Source: a virus (Duplodnaviria > Caudoviricetes). Taken from it: a DNA stretch of 37,245 bases. The first letter of the stretch is position 1; the number at the start of each line of letters is the position of its first letter. Below the pieces are notes generated by a model that was not told where the DNA came from, searched no databases, and worked only from the letters and a program-made list of their open reading frames with translations. Positions 7,776 to 15,589 of this stretch are shown in pieces. A program made the position numbers and the translations under genes. The DNA lies in IMG/VR virus record IMGVR_UViG_3300021082_000068, positions 1-37,245 of that record, one strand, 5' to 3'.

Positions 7776-8836
7776 AGCTCGTCTCCTATCTCGTCGGGGA
7801 GCAGGGCGACGGCCTCGACGGGGTCGCCCTTGCAGAAGACCAAGAGGTTCTGATGGGCCTTGCCCGCCTTGCGCGAGGCCGAGAACATGCGGGCGGCCCG
7901 GACGGGGACGGAGCCGAGCGGCGTCAGGAAGATGAACTCGTTGTAGAGCGGAGCGCCGTAGTCGGTGAAGGCCCGAATCGTGTCGGCGACGAGGCCGCGA
8001 TACCAGCCCGTCTTGCGATCGCGGACGTCCGCGACGACGAACGCCGCGAAGCGGTTCGGGGCGAGGATCGAGACCGCGCTCTCGATCACCTGCCGGTAGC
8101 CCTCGAGGAAGGCCTCGTAGGTCGGCGCGGCGGAGAGGTCGCGCGGATCGTCGGAGTAGGCCTCGAGGTCGTAGTAGGGCGGACAGGAGAAGACGAGGTC
8201 GGCGACGGGCTCCGAGGGCGTCGGGAGAGAGCGAGAGTCGCCGCGAGCCCAGGCCACGCGAGCCTGCGGACATATCGCCTTCGCCTGCTCACGGTTGGCG
8301 ACGACCTGCTCCTCGCGGAGGTCGATCCCGAGGTAGCGGTAGCCGAGGATGCCCGCGACGATCCCGCGGACGGAGCCGCCCGCGAAGGGGTCGTAGATAG
8401 CGCCGCCTCGCGGACAGAACCAGCGGTAGACGAGCTCGGAGAGGACGGGGTCGAAGACGCTCGTCCCCGTCTCCGAGATCCCGCCGCCCTTCTGCTCGTT
8501 CACGTAGTGCTCGGCGAGGTACTCCGCGGTCGTGATCTCGACCGCCTCTCCGGCCTGCTGGCTTAGCTGGGCCTCGAGGTCCCGCTTCTTCTGATAGAGC
8601 TCGGGGTCGCGGCCGGTCGGGCCGGGGATCGTCATGTGCCCGTCCCGGCCGACCTCGCTCTTAATGCCGTACGCGAGCCACCCTCGCTTGCGATCGAGCC
8701 AGTAGCCGGAGCGGGCGTCCAGGACGGTAAAGGGCGGGACGAGGAAGCGGTCGGAGAGGGACGGGCCGACCGGCGGCGGAGGCGTGAAGAGGTGCCCCTG
8801 GCCGATGACAGGCGCGGCTACGGTCTCGTCCGTCAT
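7772..8836 (-). CDS. Amino (N6A/N4C) DNA methyltransferase-fold protein
   Basis: TSVFDPVLSEL, YDPFAGGSVRG (motif I), GIDL, FSCPPYYDLE (motif IV). Confidence 0.88.
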   Translation of the reverse strand: MTDETVAAPVIGQGHLFTPPPPVGPSLSDRFLVPPFTVLDARSGYWLDRKRGWLAYGIKSEVGRDGHMTIPGPTGRDPELYQKKRDLEAQLSQQAGEAVEITTAEYLAEHYVNEQKGGGISETGTSVFDPVLSELVYRWFCPRGGAIYDPFAGGSVRGIVAGILGYRYLGIDLREEQVVANREQAKAICPQARVAWARGDSRSLPTPSEPVADLVFSCPPYYDLEAYSDDPRDLSAAPTYEAFLEGYRQVIESAVSILAPNRFAAFVVADVRDRKTGWYRGLVADTIRAFTDYGAPLYNEFIFLTPLGSVPVRAARMFSASRKAGKAHQNLLVFCKGDPVEAVALLPDEIGDEL

Positions 8837-9066
8837 CCCAGCGTCGATCTCGAGCCGGCGAACAGGCGGTCGAGGAGCAGGAGGTCGACGTCGCGCCGAC
8901 CTCCAGTGACTCGCGGCTCGGGATCTCCGAGCCGGCGGATGTCTATCGTCTCCTCGCGCAGAGCGACGACGCGGACGCGGAGGAGGAACTCGTCGCCGAG
9001 CTCGGCATCGCCGACGACCGCAACGGGGACGCGGTCAACGACGTAGGAGTAGTCGGCGGCGGTCAT
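8833..9066 (-). CDS. Hypothetical protein
   Basis: 77-aa ORF with ATGA overlaps. Confidence 0.6.
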   Translation of the reverse strand: MTAADYSYVVDRVPVAVVGDAELGDEFLLRVRVVALREETIDIRRLGDPEPRVTGGRRDVDLLLLDRLFAGSRSTLG

Positions 9067-9758
9067 GCCGCGAGCCTCTCCTGGTACGGAGCGCCGCCCC
9101 AATCCTCGATGTCGCCCGCGATCTGCGAGACCGTCAGCAGGGAGGCGATCGTCCAGTGGTCCTGCGGGATCTTCATCTTCTTGAGCGTGCGGTTGTAGCT
9201 CGGGTCCTTGAGATCGAGCGGTAGCCGGTCGATCCTCTGCCCTCGAGCCACGACCGCCTGCGGGTCGTAGCCGACCTGAGCCGGCCAGACCCAGATCACG
9301 TAGAAGGGGCGGCCGGAGTCCTCCTGCTCCTTCGCGTACCGCTCCCGGACGTGGGCGTCGAGGCCCTGCGCCGGCGGGAACGGCTTGTGATCCTTGTTCT
9401 GGCGGACAGAAGGAAGGTAGGCCTTGACCTCAACGATCGGCGAGCGGCCCTTCCAGCAGACGTCCAGGTCTCCGGCGATCTGATAGGAGGCGTCCCGGCC
9501 CGACTCCCAAACGAAGGCGTCGCCGCGGTGGATGATCCTCGCCCCGTCGAGCAGGTCGAAGAGCCGGTCGCGGACGCGGAAGACTCCCCACTTCTCGGGC
9601 GTCAGGGGCGTTGTCTTGAACCGCTCCTGTAGGTGCTCCGGCCAGGCGACCTCCTGCTTGGGCTTCTGCCAGTCGTCGCGCAGATTCCAGGCGTCGAAGA
9701 GCCGGTCCTGCTCCTCGGCCTCCCGCCACTCTCGTCTGTTGTCGCTCGCGTCAGACAT
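9063..9758 (-). CDS. PD-(D/E)xK superfamily nuclease-like protein
   Basis: GDLDV...IVEVK followed by a helix and the FYVIWVW strand; start ATG 9758. Confidence 0.65.
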   Translation of the reverse strand: MSDASDNRREWREAEEQDRLFDAWNLRDDWQKPKQEVAWPEHLQERFKTTPLTPEKWGVFRVRDRLFDLLDGARIIHRGDAFVWESGRDASYQIAGDLDVCWKGRSPIVEVKAYLPSVRQNKDHKPFPPAQGLDAHVRERYAKEQEDSGRPFYVIWVWPAQVGYDPQAVVARGQRIDRLPLDLKDPSYNRTLKKMKIPQDHWTIASLLTVSQIAGDIEDWGGAPYQERLAA

Positions 9759-9993
9759 AGCCGTGGCTCCTGTGCTGCGAGTCGGGATCGACGGCATGGA
9801 CGACGCCGAGGAACTCCTCGCCCGGCGCGAGGTAGATGTCGTTGGGGTGGAAGACGTCCACGGCGCGGACGTGCGAGAGCCAGATCTCCCGCCATTTCTT
9901 GATGAAGCCTGGCGAGCAGGCGAGCCGCTCGAGCTGGTCGCATCGTCTCTCTACGTGCTCCGCGAGGCTAGCCCCGCGTCGGATGGCGATCAT
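9751..9993 (-). CDS. Hypothetical protein (80 aa)
   Basis: GGAGG RBS and ATGA overlap with the PLP gene. Confidence 0.55.
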   Translation of the reverse strand: MIAIRRGASLAEHVERRCDQLERLACSPGFIKKWREIWLSHVRAVDVFHPNDIYLAPGEEFLGVVHAVDPDSQHRSHGYV

Positions 9994-10817
9994 GTCGCCA
10001 CCTCCTCTCGGTTGGAGTGAACTCCCCGGATGCCTACGAGCCAGAAGCCGTCCCCGAACCGGAGCTCGGGCACGCATTTGGCCTCGTAGTGGGGGTCGAG
10101 ATCGACCCCGAAGTAGCTCGCGTCCGGCGCGGCCGCGGCGTAGGGCAGACGCGCCGGCGCGAGTTCGACGAGGGCGCGCCAGAGAGGCGGCGCCCAAAGG
10201 TCTAAACGGCGTTCGGGATCGGCTCCGACGCATACGCCGAGGACGGGGACGCGACGATCGCCGTCGAGCAGGCCCCAGAGGATCCCGGCGAGGGACATCG
10301 CCGAGCCGACGGGGACGACAAGGCGATCTACCTCCGGAGGGAGGTCGCGAGCCTGCTGGCGCGTTGCCTCGACGGCCTCCGCGCACTCCATTCCGAACGG
10401 GATGAGACCGTAGCCGGAGAGGTCCGCGTCCTGTCGGGCCCGAGCGGCCAGGACGCCGTTGTATCCGGGCCTCGTCGGAATGAGCCGGGCGCCGGCGAGC
10501 GCGGCGAGCTCCAGCTCGGAGCCGGGCCGGCCGAAGGGCACGTAGGCGCGGACGGGGACGCGGAGAGCACGGCCGATCTGCGCGACAATGTTCACCTGCG
10601 GGCTCTGCCGGGAGCCTGCCGTTACGAGGCCCTCCGCGCCGCGCTCGAGCGCCGCCTCAGCGAGCGCGAGGCAGGTTCGTACCTTGCCTCCGCGCACGCC
10701 GGCGACCTCAAACGTGTCATCCCGCTTGAGCCAGACGCCCGAGGCGCATTCCTCCCAGGGCGTGATCCTAGAGAGCGCGATCTCGCGGGCGAAGTCCCGG
10801 ACCTCGGAGAGATTCAC
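9990..10817 (-). CDS. PLP-dependent enzyme, fold type II (ACC deaminase/D-cysteine desulfhydrase-like)
   Basis: TP...WLKRDD...GGKVR (PLP lysine), VTAGSRQSPQ, VVPVGSAMSLAG (phosphate loop), LDPHYEAK; start GTG 10817. Confidence 0.85.
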   Translation of the reverse strand: MNLSEVRDFAREIALSRITPWEECASGVWLKRDDTFEVAGVRGGKVRTCLALAEAALERGAEGLVTAGSRQSPQVNIVAQIGRALRVPVRAYVPFGRPGSELELAALAGARLIPTRPGYNGVLAARARQDADLSGYGLIPFGMECAEAVEATRQQARDLPPEVDRLVVPVGSAMSLAGILWGLLDGDRRVPVLGVCVGADPERRLDLWAPPLWRALVELAPARLPYAAAAPDASYFGVDLDPHYEAKCVPELRFGDGFWLVGIRGVHSNREEVAT

Positions 10818-11389
10818 GGCTCCCCCAGGGAGTCGGCGAGGTCGCGCATGGGGCCCTTCGGTACGGAGTAGCTCCGCCCCGAGAGCTTGGACGCCTTCCA
10901 GACGGCGAGGGCCGCCTCGCGCAGAGAGAGAGTCTCGGAGGCCCCGTCGCCGGACAGTGCCTCCGAGAGCTGACGTCGCGTCCAGTCCTGCTTCTCGGCC
11001 CTGTCGAGCCAGCGCCTCTGCTCGCGAGCCGGGAGCTTCGCGACGAGCGCGTGAGAGGAGAAGGGGAGCGCCTGCCGGCGACGCTCCGGAGGGACCGCGC
11101 GACAGACCGCGGCGTAGTTCATGAGGGTCTGCGGAGCGAGGCCCGTCAGATCGACGGCCTGCGCGTACTTCTCGCCGAAGCTCCGCTCGCCGTGCTCCAC
11201 CCAATCGCCGAGCGTCCAGGCCGTCGCGCGATAGAGCGCGCCGAGCAGGCCGCCGACCGCCTCCCATGTCTCGTACGGCGTCTCGGGATCGAGGGAGAGC
11301 GACGTCGGAGTGAGCGCGCCGGCGGCCTCGAGCTCGGCGAGCAGGGCTATGGCGCCGCGAGCCTCCGGCAGGCGGACGAGTTGCGTCAC
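10814..11389 (-). CDS. LmbU-like DNA-binding protein
   Basis: WTLGDW...GEKYAQA...TGLAPQTLMNYAAV...LPFSSHALVA...QRRWLDRA signature; start GTG 11389. Confidence 0.8.
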   Translation of the reverse strand: MTQLVRLPEARGAIALLAELEAAGALTPTSLSLDPETPYETWEAVGGLLGALYRATAWTLGDWVEHGERSFGEKYAQAVDLTGLAPQTLMNYAAVCRAVPPERRRQALPFSSHALVAKLPAREQRRWLDRAEKQDWTRRQLSEALSGDGASETLSLREAALAVWKASKLSGRSYSVPKGPMRDLADSLGEP

Positions 11390-11661
11390 GCCGCGTCCAC
11401 TCCCTCCCGCTCGAGGAGCATCTCCTTCGCGTCGGCGACTCCGCGCGCCTCCTCGACGGAGGCGATCGAGCCCTTGGCGATATAGCGGAGGCCGACGCGC
11501 GTCCAGAGGTACTCGCCGGTATGTGGGTTCCATATCCCGCGGACGGCCGCGACGGGGCCTCCCTCGTTCCAAGGCTCCGCTCGCGCGAGGCGAGCCAGAG
11601 CTCCGCGCGAGGGGATGAGGTAGACGGTCCGCGCGTCGCGTAGGTAGACGAGGAGCCTCAC
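11386..11661 (-). CDS. Hypothetical protein (91 aa)
   Basis: GGAGG RBS, GTGA overlaps at both ends. Confidence 0.6.
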   Translation of the reverse strand: MRLLVYLRDARTVYLIPSRGALARLARAEPWNEGGPVAAVRGIWNPHTGEYLWTRVGLRYIAKGSIASVEEARGVADAKEMLLEREGVDAA

Positions 11662-12008
11662 GCCGCGACCTCCTGCGGCCCGCGCTGCGGAGGCTCGTAG
11701 TCGACGCCGACGAGGGCGGCCAGGACGGAGAGCGCGGCTCCTGTCCGCGTCGTCCGCTGCTCTCGCGCGTGCTCGACGAGCGGCCAGAGCAGGTTGTCGG
11801 GGACGCGCAGGACGATCGTGTCGCCGTAGGGCAGAGACGGCCGGAATGCCTTGCGGCGCGCAGTCGAGGCGACCGGGACGTTGAAGAAGCCCGCGAGCTC
11901 GGAGACGATCACGTCGGCGACGTTCGTCCGCCGGCGCATTGCCTCCTCGGCCAGGGCGGCCTTTAGCTCCTCGGGCACGGGCTTTAGCTGCGTCTGGACC
12001 CATCGCAT
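11658..12008 (-). CDS. Tandem ribbon-helix-helix (Arc/CopG-like) regulator
   Basis: Two similar units: TQLKPVPEELKAALAEEA...NVADVI and IVLRVPDNLLWPLVEHA...TRTGAA; GAGGAG RBS before ATG 12008. Confidence 0.65.
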   Translation of the reverse strand: MRWVQTQLKPVPEELKAALAEEAMRRRTNVADVIVSELAGFFNVPVASTARRKAFRPSLPYGDTIVLRVPDNLLWPLVEHAREQRTTRTGAALSVLAALVGVDYEPPQRGPQEVAA

Positions 12009-12042
12009 AGACGTCTCCTCTCTCGGGTTCGGGTCGCCCATG

Positions 12043-12231
12043 CTATCGGTCGCCTCGGGTAGCAGGGAGTCGAGGCTCGATCCGCTCGAGGTCGCCCTCC
12101 GGCTCCGTCGGCGGATCGGCCTGTAGACCGGGCCGCACCTGGTAGGCCTTAAGGCATCCGTCGCAGTAGCCCTCCGCGCGTTCGTGGGCGCGGAGCTCGA
12201 GCTTGCAGAGACGGCAGACGAGGAGCGTCAT
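12043..12231 (-). CDS. Small CxxC...CxxC zinc-binding protein
   Basis: CRLC...CDGC; ATGA overlap. Confidence 0.55.
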   Translation of the reverse strand: MTLLVCRLCKLELRAHERAEGYCDGCLKAYQVRPGLQADPPTEPEGDLERIEPRLPATRGDR

Positions 12232-12389
12232 CGCCATCGCCTCGGCCGGCGGACGTCTACGAAGTAGGCGAGCGGAGGCGTAAAGCGGAGAGCGAGCCTC
12301 CGGGCCCCGCGGCGCGTCCAGGCGTAGACGGGGAGCGTGTAGAGAGCCGGGGACGAGATCGTCCGGTAGGAGGCGTGCCAGCGTCTCAC
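12228..12389 (-). CDS. Small basic hypothetical protein (53 aa)
   Basis: GAGGA RBS, GTGA and ATGA overlaps. Confidence 0.5.
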   Translation of the reverse strand: MRRWHASYRTISSPALYTLPVYAWTRRGARRLALRFTPPLAYFVDVRRPRRWR

Positions 12390-12715
12390 GGCGTGTCCTC
12401 TAGGCATCGCGCGCAGCGGTTCCAGAAGGAGACGCCGTGCTGGCACGTCTCCGGGCCTGCCGATCGCGCCGGCGGAGGCCGTCGCGCGAGGAGCGCCGTC
12501 CAGTTGCCGGTGACGCCCTGCGGCGAGCGCGTCATTCCGGGGAAGAGCTTCGGGTAGGCGTCGAGGGCGTGGCGGACCTGCTCCGGCGTCGCGTCGATCT
12601 CGCGCAGCTCCTTGAGTGCGCGGTTCAGGCGGCCGCGCTCGGAGGAGGTCTGCGGCTCTCCCCAGGTCTCGACCCACGCGTCGTAGAGCAGGTCTCGGGG
12701 TCGGGTCTCTGTCAC
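12386..12715 (-). CDS. Protein resembling the C-terminal helical domain of phage replication initiators
   Basis: RDLLYDAW...SERGRLNRALKEL...ATPEQV...SPQGVTGNWTAL, then CQH...CARC; no N-terminal HTH. Confidence 0.5.
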   Translation of the reverse strand: MTETRPRDLLYDAWVETWGEPQTSSERGRLNRALKELREIDATPEQVRHALDAYPKLFPGMTRSPQGVTGNWTALLARRPPPARSAGPETCQHGVSFWNRCARCLEDTP

Positions 12716-13002
12716 GGGTGCCTCCTTCTCTTGCGGCGTTTAACGACGCGGTGAGAGCTATATAGCCCGCCGCTCCTCGTCCGGCCGCGCGCGACGACGT
12801 GGGTTTCGTCGTGGCAACTACGGCAGAGGAGGATGAGGTCGGAGAGCCGCTCGCGGCCGAGCCGCTTGTACGTGCGGTGATGGAGGTCTAGGGGGACGTC
12901 ATCGCGCGAGCAGGCATGACAGCGCTTCGGATAGCGGCTCGCCCAGAACCGTCGCCGAGTTTCCTGCCACTGCGGCGATTGCAAGTATTCAGCGTATTCC
13001 AT
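12712..13002 (-). CDS. Small HNH endonuclease
   Basis: YAEYLQSPQW N-terminus, CHAC, LHHRTY, LILLCRSCH. Confidence 0.9.
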   Translation of the reverse strand: MEYAEYLQSPQWQETRRRFWASRYPKRCHACSRDDVPLDLHHRTYKRLGRERLSDLILLCRSCHDETHVVARGRTRSGGLYSSHRVVKRRKRRRHP

Positions 13003-13554
13003 CTAGGCCTCTCTGCAAGCGGAGGAGCCGGAGCGAGGGCGTACTCCCCCCGCTAACGGAAGGAGTACGCCTCTGCAATCGGTATCGCCGTCGCATCGAC
13101 CGTAGCCTCTCGGCCAGGGGCTCTGACGCGCCCAGGTGCGTCTCGTTCCCGCGTCGGCGCTCGACGGCGCCGTCGCCCCTGCTCCCCGGCTCGCGCCACG
13201 CACGGGTTTCTCTAGGTCTGGGGGGTGTTCCCTCCGGCCCTTGGTAACGCGGTGCCTCGCCGCGGCGACTGCTATAGCTGGCGAGGGGAGGCGGAGGGAG
13301 CGACCTCGGCCGACGCCGATAGCGTCCGGGCCGATTCGCTAGGCTACGCTCGTCGTCATTAGGCGTGAGCGACACTAGCGTCAGGAGAGCGTCCTCGCAA
13401 GAGGACGCTCTGCGTTGGGGGGAAGATCCTGCGGGCGCGCACGGGTATGGGAGCGGGCCGAAAGGATAAAACCCGCCGCCCTCACTTTGATTAGGCCAAT
13501 GCGCGCAGAGCCCGTTACGGCCGGCTAGCCCACGCGCCCGCAGATCGAGGACGG
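13003..13554 (-). ncRNA. Candidate large structured RNA or structured replication origin
   Basis: At least eight helices, several nested and long-range; G-U pairs favour the minus strand; atypical codon usage in the frame that crosses it. Confidence 0.5.
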
Positions 13555-13788
13555 TCACGAGCGGACCGTCACAAGCTTGAGAGCTACGAGATGGGAGCAG
13601 AGACCTCGCGCCTCGCAGGTGCAGCGCCACTCGCGAGCTCGCGGATCGTAGCCGAGCGCGTAGGGTGGCTCGCCCGAGTCGCCGCGGCAGGAGGCCGCGA
13701 TCAGGCCCGAGTCGTTCATGACGAGGACGGTGAGCCGGCCCTCCGTCAGGAGGCGCCGGCCCTTCGTCTGGACGTTCTCTCTGCTCAC
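13555..13788 (-). CDS. SWIM-type zinc finger protein
   Basis: WRCTC...CSHLVAL (CxC...CxH). Confidence 0.8.
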   Translation of the reverse strand: MSRENVQTKGRRLLTEGRLTVLVMNDSGLIAASCRGDSGEPPYALGYDPRAREWRCTCEARGLCSHLVALKLVTVRS

Positions 13789-14120
13789 GCCGGCGGAGCC
13801 TTCCGGGAGGCGATCGGATCGACCTTCCCCTTCTCCGCGTCGAGTGGGATGCCCTCGGCGTCGATCCGCGGCAGCGCCTCGCCAGCGCCATCACCAGTCG
13901 CGATGCCGTCGGCCCAGACCGGAGCCGAAGCGGCCTTGCCTGCCCACGCCGCCTCGCGGATCTCCTCGCGCAGGGTGAGCCGGAGGGCCCGGACCTCGAG
14001 CGCGAGCGCGAGCTGGGCGTTGACGCTCCGGTTCTCGTAGGAGCGCGAGGTCATCCCTGCGTTCTTCAACGCGCGGTCCGCCTGGACCTCGAGCGCGGCG
14101 ATCCTCTCCTCCGGCGTCAT
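13785..14120 (-). CDS. Hypothetical protein
   Basis: GGAGG RBS, ATGA/GTGA overlaps. Confidence 0.65.
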   Translation of the reverse strand: MTPEERIAALEVQADRALKNAGMTSRSYENRSVNAQLALALEVRALRLTLREEIREAAWAGKAASAPVWADGIATGDGAGEALPRIDAEGIPLDAEKGKVDPIASRKAPPA

Positions 14121-14416
14121 CGCACGTACCTCCTCGAGGAGGACGCGAGGCTCGTGACCTCGCGCAGGCGATCTCGCCAGCGCCGGCGGAGCTTCGAGAG
14201 GACGACCCCTTCGACCTCCTGCCAGGAGTCCAGGCCGATGAGCAGGACCTCGACCGTCGCCTTGGCGACGTCGCCGACGCCGAGCGTCGACGAGACCCCC
14301 GTCACGCAGTTGGAGATGTCGATCTCGTCCTCGTCCTCGGAGGCCGGGACGTAGTAGACCCGAGTGTGGGGCCCCACGATATTGCCTCGGTGCTCTATCC
14401 GGATTCCTGCCGTCAT
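14117..14416 (-). CDS. Hypothetical protein
   Basis: GGAGG RBS, ATGA overlaps. Confidence 0.65.
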   Translation of the reverse strand: MTAGIRIEHRGNIVGPHTRVYYVPASEDEDEIDISNCVTGVSSTLGVGDVAKATVEVLLIGLDSWQEVEGVVLSKLRRRWRDRLREVTSLASSSRRYVR

Positions 14417-14535
14417 GCTGCCTCCTCCTCGTCGTCGAGCGGTAGCTCGTCTAGGTCGCCCTCGCGGTAGTGGTCTGCCTCCCGCTGGGCCTCAATCTTC
14501 TCGCGGACGTCGCGGTCGTCTCGCTCGTCGCTCAC
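14413..14535 (-). CDS. Small acidic protein (40 aa)
   Basis: AGGAG RBS, GTGA/ATGA overlaps; below the ORF-track cutoff. Confidence 0.55.
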   Translation of the reverse strand: MSDERDDRDVREKIEAQREADHYREGDLDELPLDDEEEAA

Positions 14536-14762
14536 GTCTTCTCCTTTCGGTGCTGGTCGGCGTACGGACAGGTTGCGAAATGGGAGAGGTAGACGGCCTC
14601 GCCCGAGACGCTGACCGCGACCGGCGTCCTCTCTCCGATCTTCTCGACGAGCCGGAAGAGTCCCGTCGGCCTCTCGGCCGGCGCGGCGTCGAGCGGAATT
14701 CTCTTGCCGTTCTCCGTGAGCGCCCAGAGGATCGGAGCTCCACAGGATCGGCAGGCGCTCAT
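14532..14762 (-). CDS. Small zinc-binding phage protein
   Basis: CRSCGAPILW...GKRIPLD...SHFATCP pattern. Confidence 0.75.
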   Translation of the reverse strand: MSACRSCGAPILWALTENGKRIPLDAAPAERPTGLFRLVEKIGERTPVAVSVSGEAVYLSHFATCPYADQHRKEKT

Positions 14763-15097
14763 GGCAGAGGCGCCGGCGCGACGCCGAGCTCGGCCCTGGC
14801 CGCTCTCTTCGCCGCCTGCTCCTCCCTCACGGCCTCGCGGTTTCTCCGGTCCCGCCGGTAGGCGTCCCAGGCGACGCCGAGCGGGAAGCCGAGCGTGACC
14901 TCGGCGACGACGCCGCACTCGGCGGCGAGGTCGATCGCCCGCTCGAGCTGGGTGAAGGCCGAGACGACCTGAGTCTCGATCTCCTCGCACCTCTCCTTGG
15001 CATCGCCGAGCGCCTTGGACGCGACGCCCGTCCTGGTCTTCCCGGCGAGCACTGCGAACGCCGTACGGGTCTCTGTCATCTCTCCTCCTTCTGTCAT
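14759..15097 (-). CDS. Hypothetical helical protein
   Basis: Coupled ORF; a second ATG six codons in has an AGGAGG RBS. Confidence 0.65.
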   Translation of the reverse strand: MTEGGEMTETRTAFAVLAGKTRTGVASKALGDAKERCEEIETQVVSAFTQLERAIDLAAECGVVAEVTLGFPLGVAWDAYRRDRRNREAVREEQAAKRAARAELGVAPAPLP

Positions 15098-15252
15098 GAC
15101 GCCTCGCCGAGGAAGACGATCCGGAGGGCGTCGGGGTATCGGCCGAGCAGGACGGAGACCGCCCGGATCGGGTGAATGGGTTCGTCGATCGTCTGCTTCC
15201 GACCGCCGGGGAACTCGATGAGGTAGCGGTACAGGAGTACGGCCACGGTCAT
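15094..15252 (-). CDS. Hypothetical protein (52 aa)
   Basis: ATGA overlaps at both ends. Confidence 0.55.
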   Translation of the reverse strand: MTVAVLLYRYLIEFPGGRKQTIDEPIHPIRAVSVLLGRYPDALRIVFLGEAS

Positions 15253-15380
15253 TCCTCGACCTCGGGGAGGTCTCGAGACGCGAGCGTCGCGTAGACGGCC
15301 AGGACGGCGAGCGTCCCGGCAGAGAGGCCGAGAGAGACGCCGAGCCAGAACCAAGCCGCGGCGGAGATCCACGCGGTCAT
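15249..15380 (-). CDS. Small membrane protein (43 aa)
   Basis: WFWLGVSLGLSAGTLAVLAVY hydrophobic helix; ATGA overlaps. Confidence 0.55.
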   Translation of the reverse strand: MTAWISAAAWFWLGVSLGLSAGTLAVLAVYATLASRDLPEVEE

Positions 15381-15589
15381 GAGACGTCTACCCATCTCAT
15401 GCAAGTTTGGAGCAGGTGGTCGTAGTCGCCCGCGGTCGCCTCCTCGAGGAAGGCCTCTTGGTCGACCGTCGCCGCGCCGGCCTCCCGCAATGCTTGCGAG
15501 ACGCGGCCGAGAACGGCGTAGGCGTTGCTGTCCGTACCCGAAAGCCGGACCTCGACCCCCGGATAGCGGACTTCTCTCTCGGGTCTCAT
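15377..15589 (-). CDS. Conserved small phage protein
   Basis: LSGTDSNAYAVLGRV...ATAGDYDHLLQTC pattern recognised from phage hypothetical proteins; GGAGG RBS. Confidence 0.75.
   Translation of the reverse strand: MRPEREVRYPGVEVRLSGTDSNAYAVLGRVSQALREAGAATVDQEAFLEEATAGDYDHLLQTCMRWVDVS

Noticed and set aside
6658-9758. Classical type II restriction-modification system
   Set aside because: The nuclease-like gene sits within a phage middle operon among several unrelated MTases, and nothing ties it to a cognate methyltransferase; possible but unsupported.
13003-13554. Group I/II intron, tmRNA, RNase P or tRNA identity for the structured region
   Set aside because: GAGAGGCUAC resembles a group I P7 5' strand, but no downstream P7' partner was found and its complement lies upstream; no domain V, T-arm/CCA end or RNase P signature was seen.
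12989-13894. 301-aa ORF crossing the structured region
   Set aside because: Its 5' part overlaps two better genes and the rest has atypical codons and no motifs. Not fully excluded, because a GTG at 13558 is coupled to the SWIM gene stop.
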